Source: Thermodesulfobium acidiphilum (GTDB lineage Bacteria > Thermodesulfobiota > Thermodesulfobiia > Thermodesulfobiales > Thermodesulfobiaceae). From it: a DNA stretch of 64,000 bases. A program made the position numbers and the translations under genes. Numbering within the stretch: position 1 is the stretch's first letter; every line of letters begins with the position of its first letter. The DNA is taken from positions 270,100-334,099 of the forward strand of contig NZ_CP020921.1 in NCBI RefSeq assembly GCF_003057965.1, written 5' to 3'. Of this stretch, positions 1 through 9,476 are shown piece by piece. Under the pieces are notes generated by a model. That model was not told the origin of the DNA. It saw only the letters and a list, made by a program, of their open reading frames with translations, and did no database searches.

Positions 1-930
1 GACATATATTTTGTTTTCAATTTGAAAGCTTCTTAGTTTTTTAATTTCCTGCAAAAGCCTGGTTATTTCTGATTGAACTTGATCTTTGTCGACAAAGAAG
101 ACCATATTAAAGTCATCTAATATAGATTTTAGATCGTTTTTAAAATACAGATAATTCTCAATGCCGTAAAAGTTAGTGTCATTTTCTATGTTTGTTATTT
201 CTTCAGAAATAATATTTCTTTCTTCTTTTGATAGGGCATTGAAAAACCTTCTGATTTTTTCCTTTTCATCTGGTGAAAATTTTAGCGTTTCTATAACAAT
301 TAAATCAAAACTTTCAATTTCTCTTAGAGTTCTTTGATCTTCCGGGTTAAAATATTTTATTGCGTTAATAGTGTTGTCGCTGAAGATTAATCTGACTGGA
401 TTTTCTGAGTAGAATGGGAAAACGTCTAAAAGCATTCCTCTTACCGCAAATTCTCCGGGCAATTCACAAAGACTCTTTCTTGTATAATTTTTACTTAGTA
501 AATCTATCAATTTTTCTCTATCAATTTCTACGTTTTTTTTCAAAAAAAGACTTTGAAAATTTTTTTCTTTGGGAGAGAGTACTGCCTTTGTAGAACTTAT
601 CAGCACAGAATATTTCTTTTGAGCAATTATTCTTTGGGAAATTATTCTAAAGGACGGGGAGAGTCTTTCTCCAAAGAGGATGTCCCAGGCTGGATACAAC
701 GAAAAATTAATCTCTTCTTCTGAATTAGTATTCGAATTCCTTTTGAGCAAATTGTAAGCGTCTTGAGAGATTTTCTCATTTTTATATACAAAAAGAGCTT
801 TTTTGTTTTTTTGTGAAAAATAGTATGCGAGGAACAAGGACGTTTCAAATTGTACGTTGATTATATTACTTTTATAATTTGTGATACATTTTTCAAGAAC
901 CTTGTTAAATAATTCATCCAAAAATTTCAA
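1..930 (-). CDS. mfd: Transcription-repair coupling factor, 5' part (runs off the window's left edge)
   Basis: Not in the ORF track. Manual translation from TTG at 930 (GAGGA RBS upstream) gives YPAWDILFGERLSPS and ELPGEFAVRGMLLDVFPFYSENPVRLIF...FNPEDQRTL, the Mfd UvrB-homology region. Follows pth, the usual synteny. Confidence 0.85.
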   Translation of the reverse strand, partial: MKFLDELFNKVLEKCITNYKSNIINVQFETSLFLAYYFSQKNKKALFVYKNEKISQDAYNLLKRNSNTNSEEEINFSLYPAWDILFGERLSPSFRIISQRIIAQKKYSVLISSTKAVLSPKEKNFQSLFLKKNVEIDREKLIDLLSKNYTRKSLCELPGEFAVRGMLLDVFPFYSENPVRLIFSDNTINAIKYFNPEDQRTLREIESFDLIVIETLKFSPDEKEKIRRFFNALSKEERNIISEEITNIENDTNFYGIENYLYFKNDLKSILDDFNMVFFVDKDQVQSEITRLLQEIKKLRSFQIENKIYV

Positions 931-970
931 TTAAACTTTCCTCTTTCTAATTTTCTTTTCTTAGTGATCT

Positions 971-1549
971 TTAAGGAGAAACCTTAACTTTCCCACATTT
1001 CATAAGAGCTTCGTTTTCTCCTTTTTCAAGAAATATCTCAAGGCACGTAGCAACACTTTCAAATATTTTGGGAAGACATGAAAGCTCAGTATTGTCAAAA
1101 TTTGAAAGGACCCAGTCTCTTGCTTTTACTCCCTCTTTTCTTCCTATACCAATTTTTATCCTTGGAATCAATTGAGTTCCAAGTTCTTCTATAATTGATT
1201 GCATTCCCTTGTGTCCTGCTGAACTACCCTTTGACCTAAATCTGATTGTTTTAAACTCTAAATCTAGATCATCATATATGACTATTATATTTTTGTGATC
1301 AATTTTATAAAAATCCGATACTTTTCTTACTGCAATTCCAGATCTATTCATATACGTATCGGGTTTGAGAAATATCAAATTATTGATTTTTTCTTCAAAT
1401 TTTGAAAAATTAAAACCAAGATTTTCAAATAAGAAATCTAAAAATAGAAAACCAACGTTGTGTCTGGTTAAAGTATATTCTTTCCCTATGTTTCCAAGAC
1501 CTACTATTAAATATAGCTCTTGTTTTGATGACAACCTGGTTAAGTTCAT
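971..1549 (-). CDS. pth: Peptidyl-tRNA hydrolase
   Basis: LIVGLGN, TRHNVGF, KPDTYMNRSG, YDDLDL, GHKG motifs. Confidence 0.95.
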   Translation of the reverse strand: MNLTRLSSKQELYLIVGLGNIGKEYTLTRHNVGFLFLDFLFENLGFNFSKFEEKINNLIFLKPDTYMNRSGIAVRKVSDFYKIDHKNIIVIYDDLDLEFKTIRFRSKGSSAGHKGMQSIIEELGTQLIPRIKIGIGRKEGVKARDWVLSNFDNTELSCLPKIFESVATCLEIFLEKGENEALMKCGKVKVSP

Positions 1550-2535
1550 AATCTAACTCCAAAATTTAGAGATATCAGGATATAGATAATGTAAAAAATA
1601 AAGTTTAGAAACAATAATTTTGGATTTATGGCCCCATTTTTAATAAGAAAATATAAGTATAATGAGGAAAGAATTGTTACTGAACACAAAGCGATAGCCT
1701 TTTCATCCAACTGCCATGAACTTAAGATTAGACCTGCCATTATAGGAAAAGAAGATTGGAATACCATTGCGCCTGTAATGTTTGATATGGCAAGATGATC
1801 TTTTCCTTTAATCACCCAGGAAATTGAGTTAAACTTTTCTGGTAGTTCGGTAGCTATGGGTGAGAATATTGCGGAAACAATAAAAGGATTTAACCCAATA
1901 ATATTCGATACAGATTCAATGCTGTTTACAAAAAAGTAAGATGATAATAAAATACCACACAGGCCAATTCCTAGTTGTAAAAATACCATTAGGTTGCCAG
2001 GGTCTTTTGATGTAGAAATTAAAAGAAGGTGCAGGTCTTCTTCTTCAAATCCCTCGTCTCTTTTAAAAACTGTATATAGATAAAATAAGTAAGAAATTAG
2101 AAAAAAAATTGCAAAAAAATACTTTAATTTGATTGAAAAAATTGATATTAACAGCGCTAGAGAGAAGTTAAATATAAAAAATTTTATGTCTAAAAGAATT
2201 GCCTCTTTTTTAAAATTGAGATTTTTATTGCCTTTTCTAAAAAGAGCAGGCAGCGCTAGGAGAGAAAAGGTTAGAGTTGATAGCATGAGCGGCGCACCTA
2301 AGATTGCTCCTATACCAATTCCTTCTCTAGAAGCAAGGGTAGGTAAGGTTAAAAGGGCTATTATCGGTATAATTGTTTCGGGAAGGGCAGTTGAAACAGC
2401 ACTAAACACGCTTCCAACTACAGAATGCCCAAAATTTAAATTTTTTCCGAGCCACTCTACAGCATTCGTAAAGAGTTCACAAAATGCCAATATAGCAAGC
2501 AAAGATAAAATTAAAGTCAAAAGTTCCATCATCAA
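1546..2535 (-). CDS. Sodium/calcium exchanger (CaCA) family antiporter
   Basis: Multi-TM protein with two alpha-repeat motifs (STALPE, ATELPE). Confidence 0.85.
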   Translation of the reverse strand: MMMELLTLILSLLAILAFCELFTNAVEWLGKNLNFGHSVVGSVFSAVSTALPETIIPIIALLTLPTLASREGIGIGAILGAPLMLSTLTFSLLALPALFRKGNKNLNFKKEAILLDIKFFIFNFSLALLISIFSIKLKYFFAIFFLISYLFYLYTVFKRDEGFEEEDLHLLLISTSKDPGNLMVFLQLGIGLCGILLSSYFFVNSIESVSNIIGLNPFIVSAIFSPIATELPEKFNSISWVIKGKDHLAISNITGAMVFQSSFPIMAGLILSSWQLDEKAIALCSVTILSSLYLYFLIKNGAINPKLLFLNFIFYIIYILISLNFGVRL

Positions 2536-2549
2536 AGTTTAGAGCTTTT

Positions 2550-3002
2550 TTATACCTTCCTGATCATTGCTACCTCATCGCAATCAGGAAACTTTGGGCA
2601 CTTTACACATTCAGACCATATCTTTTGGGGGAGATGCGACTTATCTAATATTTCGAACCCTAATGATTTAAAAAAAACTACCTGATACGTCAAAGCAAAT
2701 ACCTTTTTTAGCTTAAGTTGCCTTGCTTCTTCGATCAAAAAATTTACTATTTCTTTCCCTAATCCCCTTTTCTGATAATCACTGTTTACACACAAGCTTC
2801 TTATCTCTGCGATGTCTTCCCAAAAAATATGAAGTGCACCGCACCCGCAGATTTTATCATCGATTTCTAACACACAAAAGTCTCTTATAGATTCATAAAT
2901 ATCTGAAAGAGGCCTTATGAGCATTAGATTCTGTTTCGCAAAGCTTTCTATTAATGCCTTTATTACTTTTGCATCGTCGATTCTGGCTTTTCTAATAATA
3001 AT
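2550..3002 (-). CDS. ArgA-like GNAT N-acetyltransferase (short-form N-acetylglutamate synthase type)
   Basis: GCGALHIFWEDIAEIRSL, QKRGLG and LPQKIWSECVKCPKFPDCDE. The open frame extends 26 codons upstream of the track ATG to ATT at 3002, 6 nt after AGGAGG, adding the typical N-terminus (M)IIRKARIDD. Confidence 0.85.
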   Translation of the reverse strand: MIIRKARIDDAKVIKALIESFAKQNLMLIRPLSDIYESIRDFCVLEIDDKICGCGALHIFWEDIAEIRSLCVNSDYQKRGLGKEIVNFLIEEARQLKLKKVFALTYQVVFFKSLGFEILDKSHLPQKIWSECVKCPKFPDCDEVAMIRKV

Positions 3003-3018
3003 TTTTGTCCTCCTAAAA

Positions 3019-3381
3019 TTAATTATTTTTTGTAATCAGAGCAATTGCTACCGAACAATCCTTTTCGTGTGATATAGAAACCATTATCTCTAAACTAGAT
3101 AAGTCTAAATCTTTTGAATATATCTTTACAGTTACTCCTTCATCTTTTTTGCCAATTATTTCTATCTGTTTCATCTTTAATTTTATAAAACAGTGTTGAT
3201 AAATGGCTTTTATACAAGCTTCTTTTGCTGCAAACCTTGCAGAAAGACATTCTATATAAGATTTCTTGCTTAGACAATATTCTATCTCACTTTTTGTATA
3301 TATTTTTTCCAGAAATTTAGACTTGTATTTATTAATTGCTCTTTCTATTCGTTTGTTGTTAACTATATCAATCCCTATCAT
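3019..3381 (-). CDS. acpS: Holo-[acyl-carrier-protein] synthase
   Basis: IGIDIV, ARFAAKEA, VSISHE motifs. Confidence 0.95.
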   Translation of the reverse strand: MIGIDIVNNKRIERAINKYKSKFLEKIYTKSEIEYCLSKKSYIECLSARFAAKEACIKAIYQHCFIKLKMKQIEIIGKKDEGVTVKIYSKDLDLSSLEIMVSISHEKDCSVAIALITKNN

Positions 3382-3796
3382 TTTTCTCCTTTGTATTCCT
3401 TATTTTTTTAGGATCAAGAAGCTCCCTTTCATTAAGATTTATGTAAGGAAATAGCTTTTCGGTAATTTGAGGTACATAAATGATAGCTTCTTTTTTTGTA
3501 TTTTTGAAAAAGTTTCTAAGTTTATTAATTGTTTCACAGTTCTTGTCGTCAGAATCTAACATTTGTAAAAATTTTGAATTCTTTAAAAGAAAATCTTTGA
3601 ACTCAACTTGCTCATTACTTTTTTTCCAGAGCGTTCTTAATTCTTTTATTTCTAAGCCAGGTAGATTCTTTTCAATATATGCAATAGCAAATTCTATAAC
3701 AAAAAAGCTTGAACTATCAAGCGGGCACAACATAGAATATAGTAAAAGATAATCCTCAAGAGCATTTAAAAACAGATGTGAAATTTTGTAATTCAT
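3368..3796 (-). CDS. Hypothetical protein
   Basis: 142-aa ORF overlapping the acpS start, first gene of the minus-strand operon; no recognised motif. Confidence 0.6.
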   Translation of the reverse strand: MNYKISHLFLNALEDYLLLYSMLCPLDSSSFFVIEFAIAYIEKNLPGLEIKELRTLWKKSNEQVEFKDFLLKNSKFLQMLDSDDKNCETINKLRNFFKNTKKEAIIYVPQITEKLFPYINLNERELLDPKKIRNTKEKNDRD

Positions 3797-3942
3797 AATT
3801 TATATTATTATAGATTATAAGAATTAATTGTTGTTATTTTTTTTATTTTTTCGTATAATCAAATATATTTTAATTTGGGTTGTCTTTGTTTATAATTTAA
3901 GTTAAAATTGTCGTCTTATATCTAAATTCGGAGGTGAATGTT

Positions 3943-4485
3943 ATAAGTAAAGAATATGCCGTTAATGAGGAGATCCAGATCTATCCAAGCGTTAGACTGA
4001 TAGATGTGGATGGACAGCAGCTAGGCGTTCAGTCTACAGAAGAAGCTCTTAGACTGGCAAGGGCAAAGGGTAGCGATCTGGTCCTAATTGCTCCTCATGG
4101 AAGCCCCCCAGTAGCAAGAATAATGGATTATGGGAAATTTAGGTTTGAGCAATCAAAAAAAGAAAAATCTCAAAGAAAACATCAGAGACAGACTGTTGTT
4201 AAAGAAGTTCGCTTAAGGCCTGCTATAGGCGAAAACGATCTTCTTACTAAGGCAAAAGCTGCACAAGACTTCATTAACGAGGGCAATAAGGTTAAGTTGA
4301 GCGTTATCTTTAGAGGACGTGAAATGATCCACATGAATCAGGGTATAGATCTTGTCAACAGATTTTTCGCTTTACTTAAAAATGCTGTTATGGAAAAACT
4401 TCCTGAGGTCGAAAGCGAGAAACACCTTGTAGCAATAATCGGCCCTGCTAAAATAAAGCAGAAAACAGAAAAAAAGGAGGGTTGA
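3943..4485 (+). CDS. infC: Translation initiation factor IF-3
   Basis: VNEEI, VRLID, PPVARIMDYGKF, KEVRLRP, FRGRE. The track's GTG (3934) lies inside the SD GGAGGTG, so ATA at 3943 is the likely start. Confidence 0.95.
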   Translation: MSKEYAVNEEIQIYPSVRLIDVDGQQLGVQSTEEALRLARAKGSDLVLIAPHGSPPVARIMDYGKFRFEQSKKEKSQRKHQRQTVVKEVRLRPAIGENDLLTKAKAAQDFINEGNKVKLSVIFRGREMIHMNQGIDLVNRFFALLKNAVMEKLPEVESEKHLVAIIGPAKIKQKTEKKEG

Positions 4486-4488
4486 AGG

Positions 4489-4695
4489 ATGCCTAAAATG
4501 AAAACTTGTAGAGCAGCAGCAAAGAGGTTTAGAGTGACGGGTTCTGGTAAAATAATAAGAAGACAGCAGAATAGGAGTCACCTCCTTTTTCATAAGAGCC
4601 CAAAGAGGAAGAGAAGACTTGCAAAGACGTTAGTAGTTTCGAGCTCCGATTTGCCAAGATTGATGTCTCAACTTCCATATCATAGTGTAAATTAG
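4489..4695 (+). CDS. rpmI: 50S ribosomal protein L35
   Basis: MPKMKT.RAAAKRFRVTGSGK; lies between infC and rplT. Confidence 0.97.
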   Translation: MPKMKTCRAAAKRFRVTGSGKIIRRQQNRSHLLFHKSPKRKRRLAKTLVVSSSDLPRLMSQLPYHSVN

Positions 4696-4719
4696 GTTTT
4701 TAATTATAGGAGGAAAAGT

Positions 4720-5067
4720 ATGCGCGTTAAAGGTGGCTTTGTGACACGTAGACGTCACAAGAAAGTTTTGAAAATGACTAGAGGTTTTAGGGGTTCTTTA
4801 CATAGATTATATAGAACCGCTAATCAGCACTTGTTGCATGCCCTAAAATATGCTTTTGTAGACAGAAGAAGAAAAAAGAGAGAGTTCAGGAGTTTGTGGA
4901 TCGTAAGGATCAACGCAGCCGTTAGAGAATATGGTCTTTCGTATAGTAAATTTATGAATGCATTAAAAAAATCAGGACTTGATATGGACAGAAAGGTGCT
5001 GGCTCAAATGGCGCTGTCTTATCCTGAACAATTTAAGAAGGTAGTTATGAAAGTTAAGGAAATGTAA
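4720..5067 (+). CDS. rplT: 50S ribosomal protein L20
   Basis: [32 protein letters not shown]. Confidence 0.97.
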   Translation: MRVKGGFVTRRRHKKVLKMTRGFRGSLHRLYRTANQHLLHALKYAFVDRRRKKREFRSLWIVRINAAVREYGLSYSKFMNALKKSGLDMDRKVLAQMALSYPEQFKKVVMKVKEM

Positions 5068-5071
5068 GTTT

Positions 5072-5857
5072 GTGAACGTAGACTTCGCATCACGGTCTAA
5101 GATAAAAGAATTGCTCAGAATGAAAAAGTCTGGGCAATTTATTTTTTTTGAAGGAATTCATGCGCTTGAAGAAGCTCTTTTGGCAAATTATGTTCCTGAA
5201 TATATTCTTATAAAGGACACCGATACTCTGGAGAAAAAATTTTTTAAAGTTAAAATTTTAGAAACATTTCTTGAAAAGTTAAGATTTCTTGTAGTTAAAG
5301 AAGATGTGATTAAAAGGCTTTCGAGCGAGAGCTCCCCAACAGGAATTATTAGTGTAGGGAATTTACCTCAAGAGAAGATTTTTGGTCCTGCTCCATGGAT
5401 TTATCTTGATAAAATTCAGGATCCTGGTAATCTTGGAACCATATTAAGAGGATCTCTTGCATTTGAGTGCGGGGGCATATTTTTATCTGAAGACTCGTGC
5501 AATATTTATAACCCAAAGGTTATAAGATCTTCTGCGGGGGCATTTTTTAAGGTTCCGTTTAAAAAGAAAAATTTTAGCGATATTGTTAGAGATATGGATA
5601 CAAGTTTGAAGGTATTTTCTTTTTCTCCGAGAGCAGAGAAACCATTTTTTTCGTACAGTTACGATGGTAGCTGCCTGCTTGTCTTTGGCAATGAGGGCAA
5701 AGGAATTAGCAGTGAGATTGAGAAGCTGTCTTACAAAACAGTTTATATACCTACTCAAAACGTAGAATCCCTGAATGTGGCTATGTGTGTGAATATTGTT
5801 CTTTCATTTTTGTACTTTAAAAAAATAAATGCTTTAATTCTTGGTGAAAAGCTCTAA
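5072..5857 (+). CDS. TrmH/SpoU family RNA methyltransferase
   Basis: IQDPGNLGTILR, FGNEGKG, ESLNVA SPOUT motifs. Confidence 0.9.
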   Translation: MNVDFASRSKIKELLRMKKSGQFIFFEGIHALEEALLANYVPEYILIKDTDTLEKKFFKVKILETFLEKLRFLVVKEDVIKRLSSESSPTGIISVGNLPQEKIFGPAPWIYLDKIQDPGNLGTILRGSLAFECGGIFLSEDSCNIYNPKVIRSSAGAFFKVPFKKKNFSDIVRDMDTSLKVFSFSPRAEKPFFSYSYDGSCLLVFGNEGKGISSEIEKLSYKTVYIPTQNVESLNVAMCVNIVLSFLYFKKINALILGEKL

Positions 5858-5890
5858 ATTAAAAATTTGTATAACTCGATGGAGGGGAGT

Positions 5891-6403
5891 ATGAAGAGGA
5901 TAAAGTGGTACGTTTATCTTATTTTTATTTTGCTTGTGTGCCTTGTTGTTTCAAATGTCTACTGGATATTTAATACAAAATCTATTAAAGAAAATCTTGA
6001 TAAAAATTGTCAAAGTAACCTTGAAAGCGTTAGAGAAGAATTACAAAATAAGTTTTTTACCGATAGCAAAGATTTTTTGATTGATATTGCAATACCATTA
6101 ACCTATTTTGTTAGAGATAGTCTTCAGTCGAATAGAACTTATCAAGTTGGGGAATGCTTCAACCAAATTGTAAAGAATAAAGGCTTTAAAGAAATTAGCT
6201 TTGTAAGTGGCGATAAAATCCAGATATCAACTAATAAAAAATATGAAGATTCTGTCTTTTCGAAACTTTATCCAGAGCAGTTTGCGAGTTTTCAGAAAAT
6301 AACAGTTGTAAGCGATCAAGGAAAGATTTTTGTAGTATCTCCTGTTATGAACGTTAATGAAAAAATTGGATTCATAATAATTTCTTATGTTTTATCTCAA
6401 TAA
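5891..6403 (+). CDS. Hypothetical membrane-anchored protein
   Basis: ATG after GGAGGGG; N-terminal TM helix followed by a soluble domain. Confidence 0.7.
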   Translation: MKRIKWYVYLIFILLVCLVVSNVYWIFNTKSIKENLDKNCQSNLESVREELQNKFFTDSKDFLIDIAIPLTYFVRDSLQSNRTYQVGECFNQIVKNKGFKEISFVSGDKIQISTNKKYEDSVFSKLYPEQFASFQKITVVSDQGKIFVVSPVMNVNEKIGFIIISYVLSQ

Positions 6404-6503
6404 GTACTAATAGATATGTGATAAAATATTTAAAGCTTTTTATTTTTGCCTAATAAATAAGGAGGGAGAAATTTTGCTAATTTTTTTTAAGGGGGTTTGA
6501 AAA

Positions 6504-8381
6504 GTGAAAGCCACATCTATTTTTGGGATTGTCCTACTTTTAATTGTTGCAGTCTTAGCTTTGATCTCTGTTTTAAGCGTACCAAGTGCAATATTGCTTT
6601 TGATTTTCGGATTTGCTGTTTGGACTATTGGTTATCGTTATTATAGTGCCTTTATTGCTGCAAAGGTAATGTGTTTGGACGCAGGTGCTGAAACTCCTGC
6701 ATGCAGAGTTAACGATGGAAGAGATTTCGTTCCTACTAACAAGTATGTCTTGTTTGGCCATCAATTTGCTGCCATATCGGGTGCCGGACCACTTATTGGT
6801 CCTGTATTGGCAGCTCAATTTGGTTTTATGCCAGGACTACTCTGGCTTGTCATTGGATCAGCTCTTGCTGGCGCGGTACATGACTTTGTAGTATTAGTAG
6901 CATCTACAAGAAGGGGTGCGTGTTCTCTTGCTGATATCGCAAGACAGGAAATTTCTTCTCCTACAGGAAAGATTTTGTCTTTAGCTACCTTTCTAATTCT
7001 TGTTCTTGCAATGGCTGGCCTTTCTATAGCGGTGGTAAACGCTTTAAAGAGCTCTTCTTGGGGTGTGATTACTGTAGGCCTAACTATTCCAATTGCTTTT
7101 ATAATGGCCTTCTGGATGTATGTCTTTCGACCGGGCAAAGTTTTGGAGGCTAGCCTCATAGGTGTGGTTCTTTTGTTTGTCGTTACCTGGGTTGGTGGTT
7201 TAGTTCCGCCACAATCAGAGCTTGGGAGGATGCTAACCCTTAATGAGAATACTGTAAAAATTATTTTGCCTACTTATGCCTTTATAGCATCTGTCCTGCC
7301 TGTTTGGATGCTCCTTCTTCCTAGAGACTATCTATCTTCATATATGAAGATAGGTGTAGCGGTTGCAATTGCAATATGCGTTTTTATAGTTCACCCAAAT
7401 CTTCAAATGCCAGCTTTTACTAAATTTGATGCAGGCGGCGGCCCGATTATTCCTGGCCCGCTTTTCCCATATTTGTTTATAACAATTGCCTGCGGTGCCA
7501 TATCTGGTTTTCACGCTCTGGTAGGTTCTGGCACTACTCCAAAGATGTTAAGTTGTGAAACTGATGCAAGGTTTATAGGTTATGGGGCAATGCTAATGGA
7601 AAGTTTTGTAGGAGTTCTTGCTCTGATTGCAGCTTGTGTTCTTCCTCAGGGTGATTATTTTGCGATCAATACGCCACCCGCAGTCTTCGAAAAATTGGGT
7701 ATGGTAGCTAATCAGGTGCCTGTGCTCTCTGCTATGGTTCACGAAAATCTTGCAGGAAGACCCGGTGGTGCAGTTTCTCTTGCTGCTGGCGTAGCTTATA
7801 TAACTGAACAAGTGCCTTTTCTTTCTGGTATGATGGCATATTGGTATCACTTTATAATAATGTTTGAGGCAATGTTTATTTTGTCTGCTATTGATGCCGG
7901 AACAAGAGTCGGTAGGTATCTTTTACAGGAATTTTTCGGGTATTTTGTTCCTCAATTTAGGGATATGCACTGGAATTTTGGTATAATATCAACAGGTTTT
8001 TTGGTTTCCTTTTTCTGGGGTTATCTTTTATACTCTGGCAGTGTTTCCACTATATGGCCAATTTTCGGCGCTACCAATCAGCTTCTTGCAACCTTTGCTC
8101 TCATAATATCTACTACCGAGATATTAAGAAGAACTGGCAAATTTTCTTATGCAATGGTTACCCTTTTGCCAGGTGCATTTATGACTGTTATAACATTTTT
8201 GGCCTGCTGGCTTAACTTTAGCAACATATATTTGCCTCTTGCAATGAAGGGAAACTTTGCCATGGGAATAAATGCGTTTCTTTCACTTTTACTATTGGCC
8301 ATGGGAATATGGCTGATTTTAGATTCTGTAAGAATCTGGTCAAATATTTTATCCGGCAGGAAGGCAAAGAGCACAGTATAA
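6504..8381 (+). CDS. cstA: Carbon starvation protein A family transporter
   Basis: DGRDFVPTNKYVLFGHQFAAISGAGPLIGP, LLLPRDYLS, IACGAISGFH. Confidence 0.95.
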   Translation: MKATSIFGIVLLLIVAVLALISVLSVPSAILLLIFGFAVWTIGYRYYSAFIAAKVMCLDAGAETPACRVNDGRDFVPTNKYVLFGHQFAAISGAGPLIGPVLAAQFGFMPGLLWLVIGSALAGAVHDFVVLVASTRRGACSLADIARQEISSPTGKILSLATFLILVLAMAGLSIAVVNALKSSSWGVITVGLTIPIAFIMAFWMYVFRPGKVLEASLIGVVLLFVVTWVGGLVPPQSELGRMLTLNENTVKIILPTYAFIASVLPVWMLLLPRDYLSSYMKIGVAVAIAICVFIVHPNLQMPAFTKFDAGGGPIIPGPLFPYLFITIACGAISGFHALVGSGTTPKMLSCETDARFIGYGAMLMESFVGVLALIAACVLPQGDYFAINTPPAVFEKLGMVANQVPVLSAMVHENLAGRPGGAVSLAAGVAYITEQVPFLSGMMAYWYHFIIMFEAMFILSAIDAGTRVGRYLLQEFFGYFVPQFRDMHWNFGIISTGFLVSFFWGYLLYSGSVSTIWPIFGATNQLLATFALIISTTEILRRTGKFSYAMVTLLPGAFMTVITFLACWLNFSNIYLPLAMKGNFAMGINAFLSLLLLAMGIWLILDSVRIWSNILSGRKAKSTV

Positions 8382-8416
8382 GAGTATTAATTTAATTTTT
8401 TCTATAAATTATTAAG

Positions 8417-8452
8417 AAATAGGGGCATAAATTAATGTGCTCCTATTTTTTT
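8417..8452 (+). terminator. Intrinsic terminator after cstA
   Basis: AAATAGGGGCAT / GTGCTCCTATTT stem (two G-U pairs) followed by a T-run. Confidence 0.7.
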
Positions 8453-8490
8453 GTTATATAATAACATAAATTTATTTTTAGGAGGAAATC

Positions 8491-9459
8491 TTGACAAAGA
8501 TTGTCGTTACTGGCGCGGCAGGGTTTATTGGTTCACATATTGTAGATTATTGGATAGAAAAAGGACATAAAGTATTATCAATTGACGATTTGTCAAGTGG
8601 CAATGTTGATAACCTTAACCCAAAGAGTTTATTTTTCAAGGGGAATATATGTTCTGAAAGAACTTTTAAAAAGATTTTGGAATTTTCTCCTGATGTGATT
8701 TGTCATCAGGCAGCTCAGATATCAGTGCCTTACTCGGTAACTCATCCTTACATTGATGCAAAAATAAATATACTTGGTACTATAAGAATGCTTGAGTGCG
8801 CTTCGAAATTAAAGGCAAAATTTTTGTTCGCATCAACTGGAGGGGCAATATATGGTGAAATAAAGGATATGGCAAATGAGGATACACAGCCTTCTATTAC
8901 ATCTTTTTATGCCCTGTCAAAATTAACTTCAGAAAATTATATAAAGCTTATGTCTCAAAGATCTGGATTTAAATATGTTATTTTGAGGTACTCTAACGTG
9001 TATGGTCCTCGTCAGGTTCCTCACGGGGAAGCAGGGGTTGTATCTATATTTCTTGAAAACTTGATTAACAAGAGAAAATCTACTATAAATATTTTTCCAG
9101 AAGATACCGAAGGGATGATTAGAGATTATGTCTTTGTAAAGGATGTGGTAATTGCAAATGACCTTGCCCTTGAGCTGGATGAGTGTGGAACTTTTAACAT
9201 ATCGACTGGCATACCCACCAAGACAAAAAAAATTTTTTCTTTAATTTTGGATTCTTTGAAAAAATACGGAATAGAAATACCTGTAAACATTTCTGTGCCA
9301 GATTATGCTAATGCCAGGCCAGGAGATCTTAGGAGAAGTTTGCTAGATTTTACTAAGGCAAAAAAAGTTCTTAAGTGGGAGCCAACAGTAGATCTAAGAG
9401 AGGGAATAGATCTTACTGTACAATGGTTTCTTAAAAGAAGAGGCCAGGTAAAAACCTGA
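8491..9459 (+). CDS. NAD-dependent epimerase/dehydratase (UDP-glucose 4-epimerase-like)
   Basis: GAAGFIG Rossmann motif, STGGAIYG, YALSK, RYSNVYGPRQ. Confidence 0.9.
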   Translation: MTKIVVTGAAGFIGSHIVDYWIEKGHKVLSIDDLSSGNVDNLNPKSLFFKGNICSERTFKKILEFSPDVICHQAAQISVPYSVTHPYIDAKINILGTIRMLECASKLKAKFLFASTGGAIYGEIKDMANEDTQPSITSFYALSKLTSENYIKLMSQRSGFKYVILRYSNVYGPRQVPHGEAGVVSIFLENLINKRKSTINIFPEDTEGMIRDYVFVKDVVIANDLALELDECGTFNISTGIPTKTKKIFSLILDSLKKYGIEIPVNISVPDYANARPGDLRRSLLDFTKAKKVLKWEPTVDLREGIDLTVQWFLKRRGQVKT

Positions 9460-9476
9460 CCTCAAAATAAATAAAT

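Noticed and set aside
642..848. 68-aa ORF
   Set aside because: Out-of-frame shadow inside the mfd coding region
3797..3930. Possible L20 leader upstream of infC
   Set aside because: AT-rich, with no recognisable leader stems or terminator
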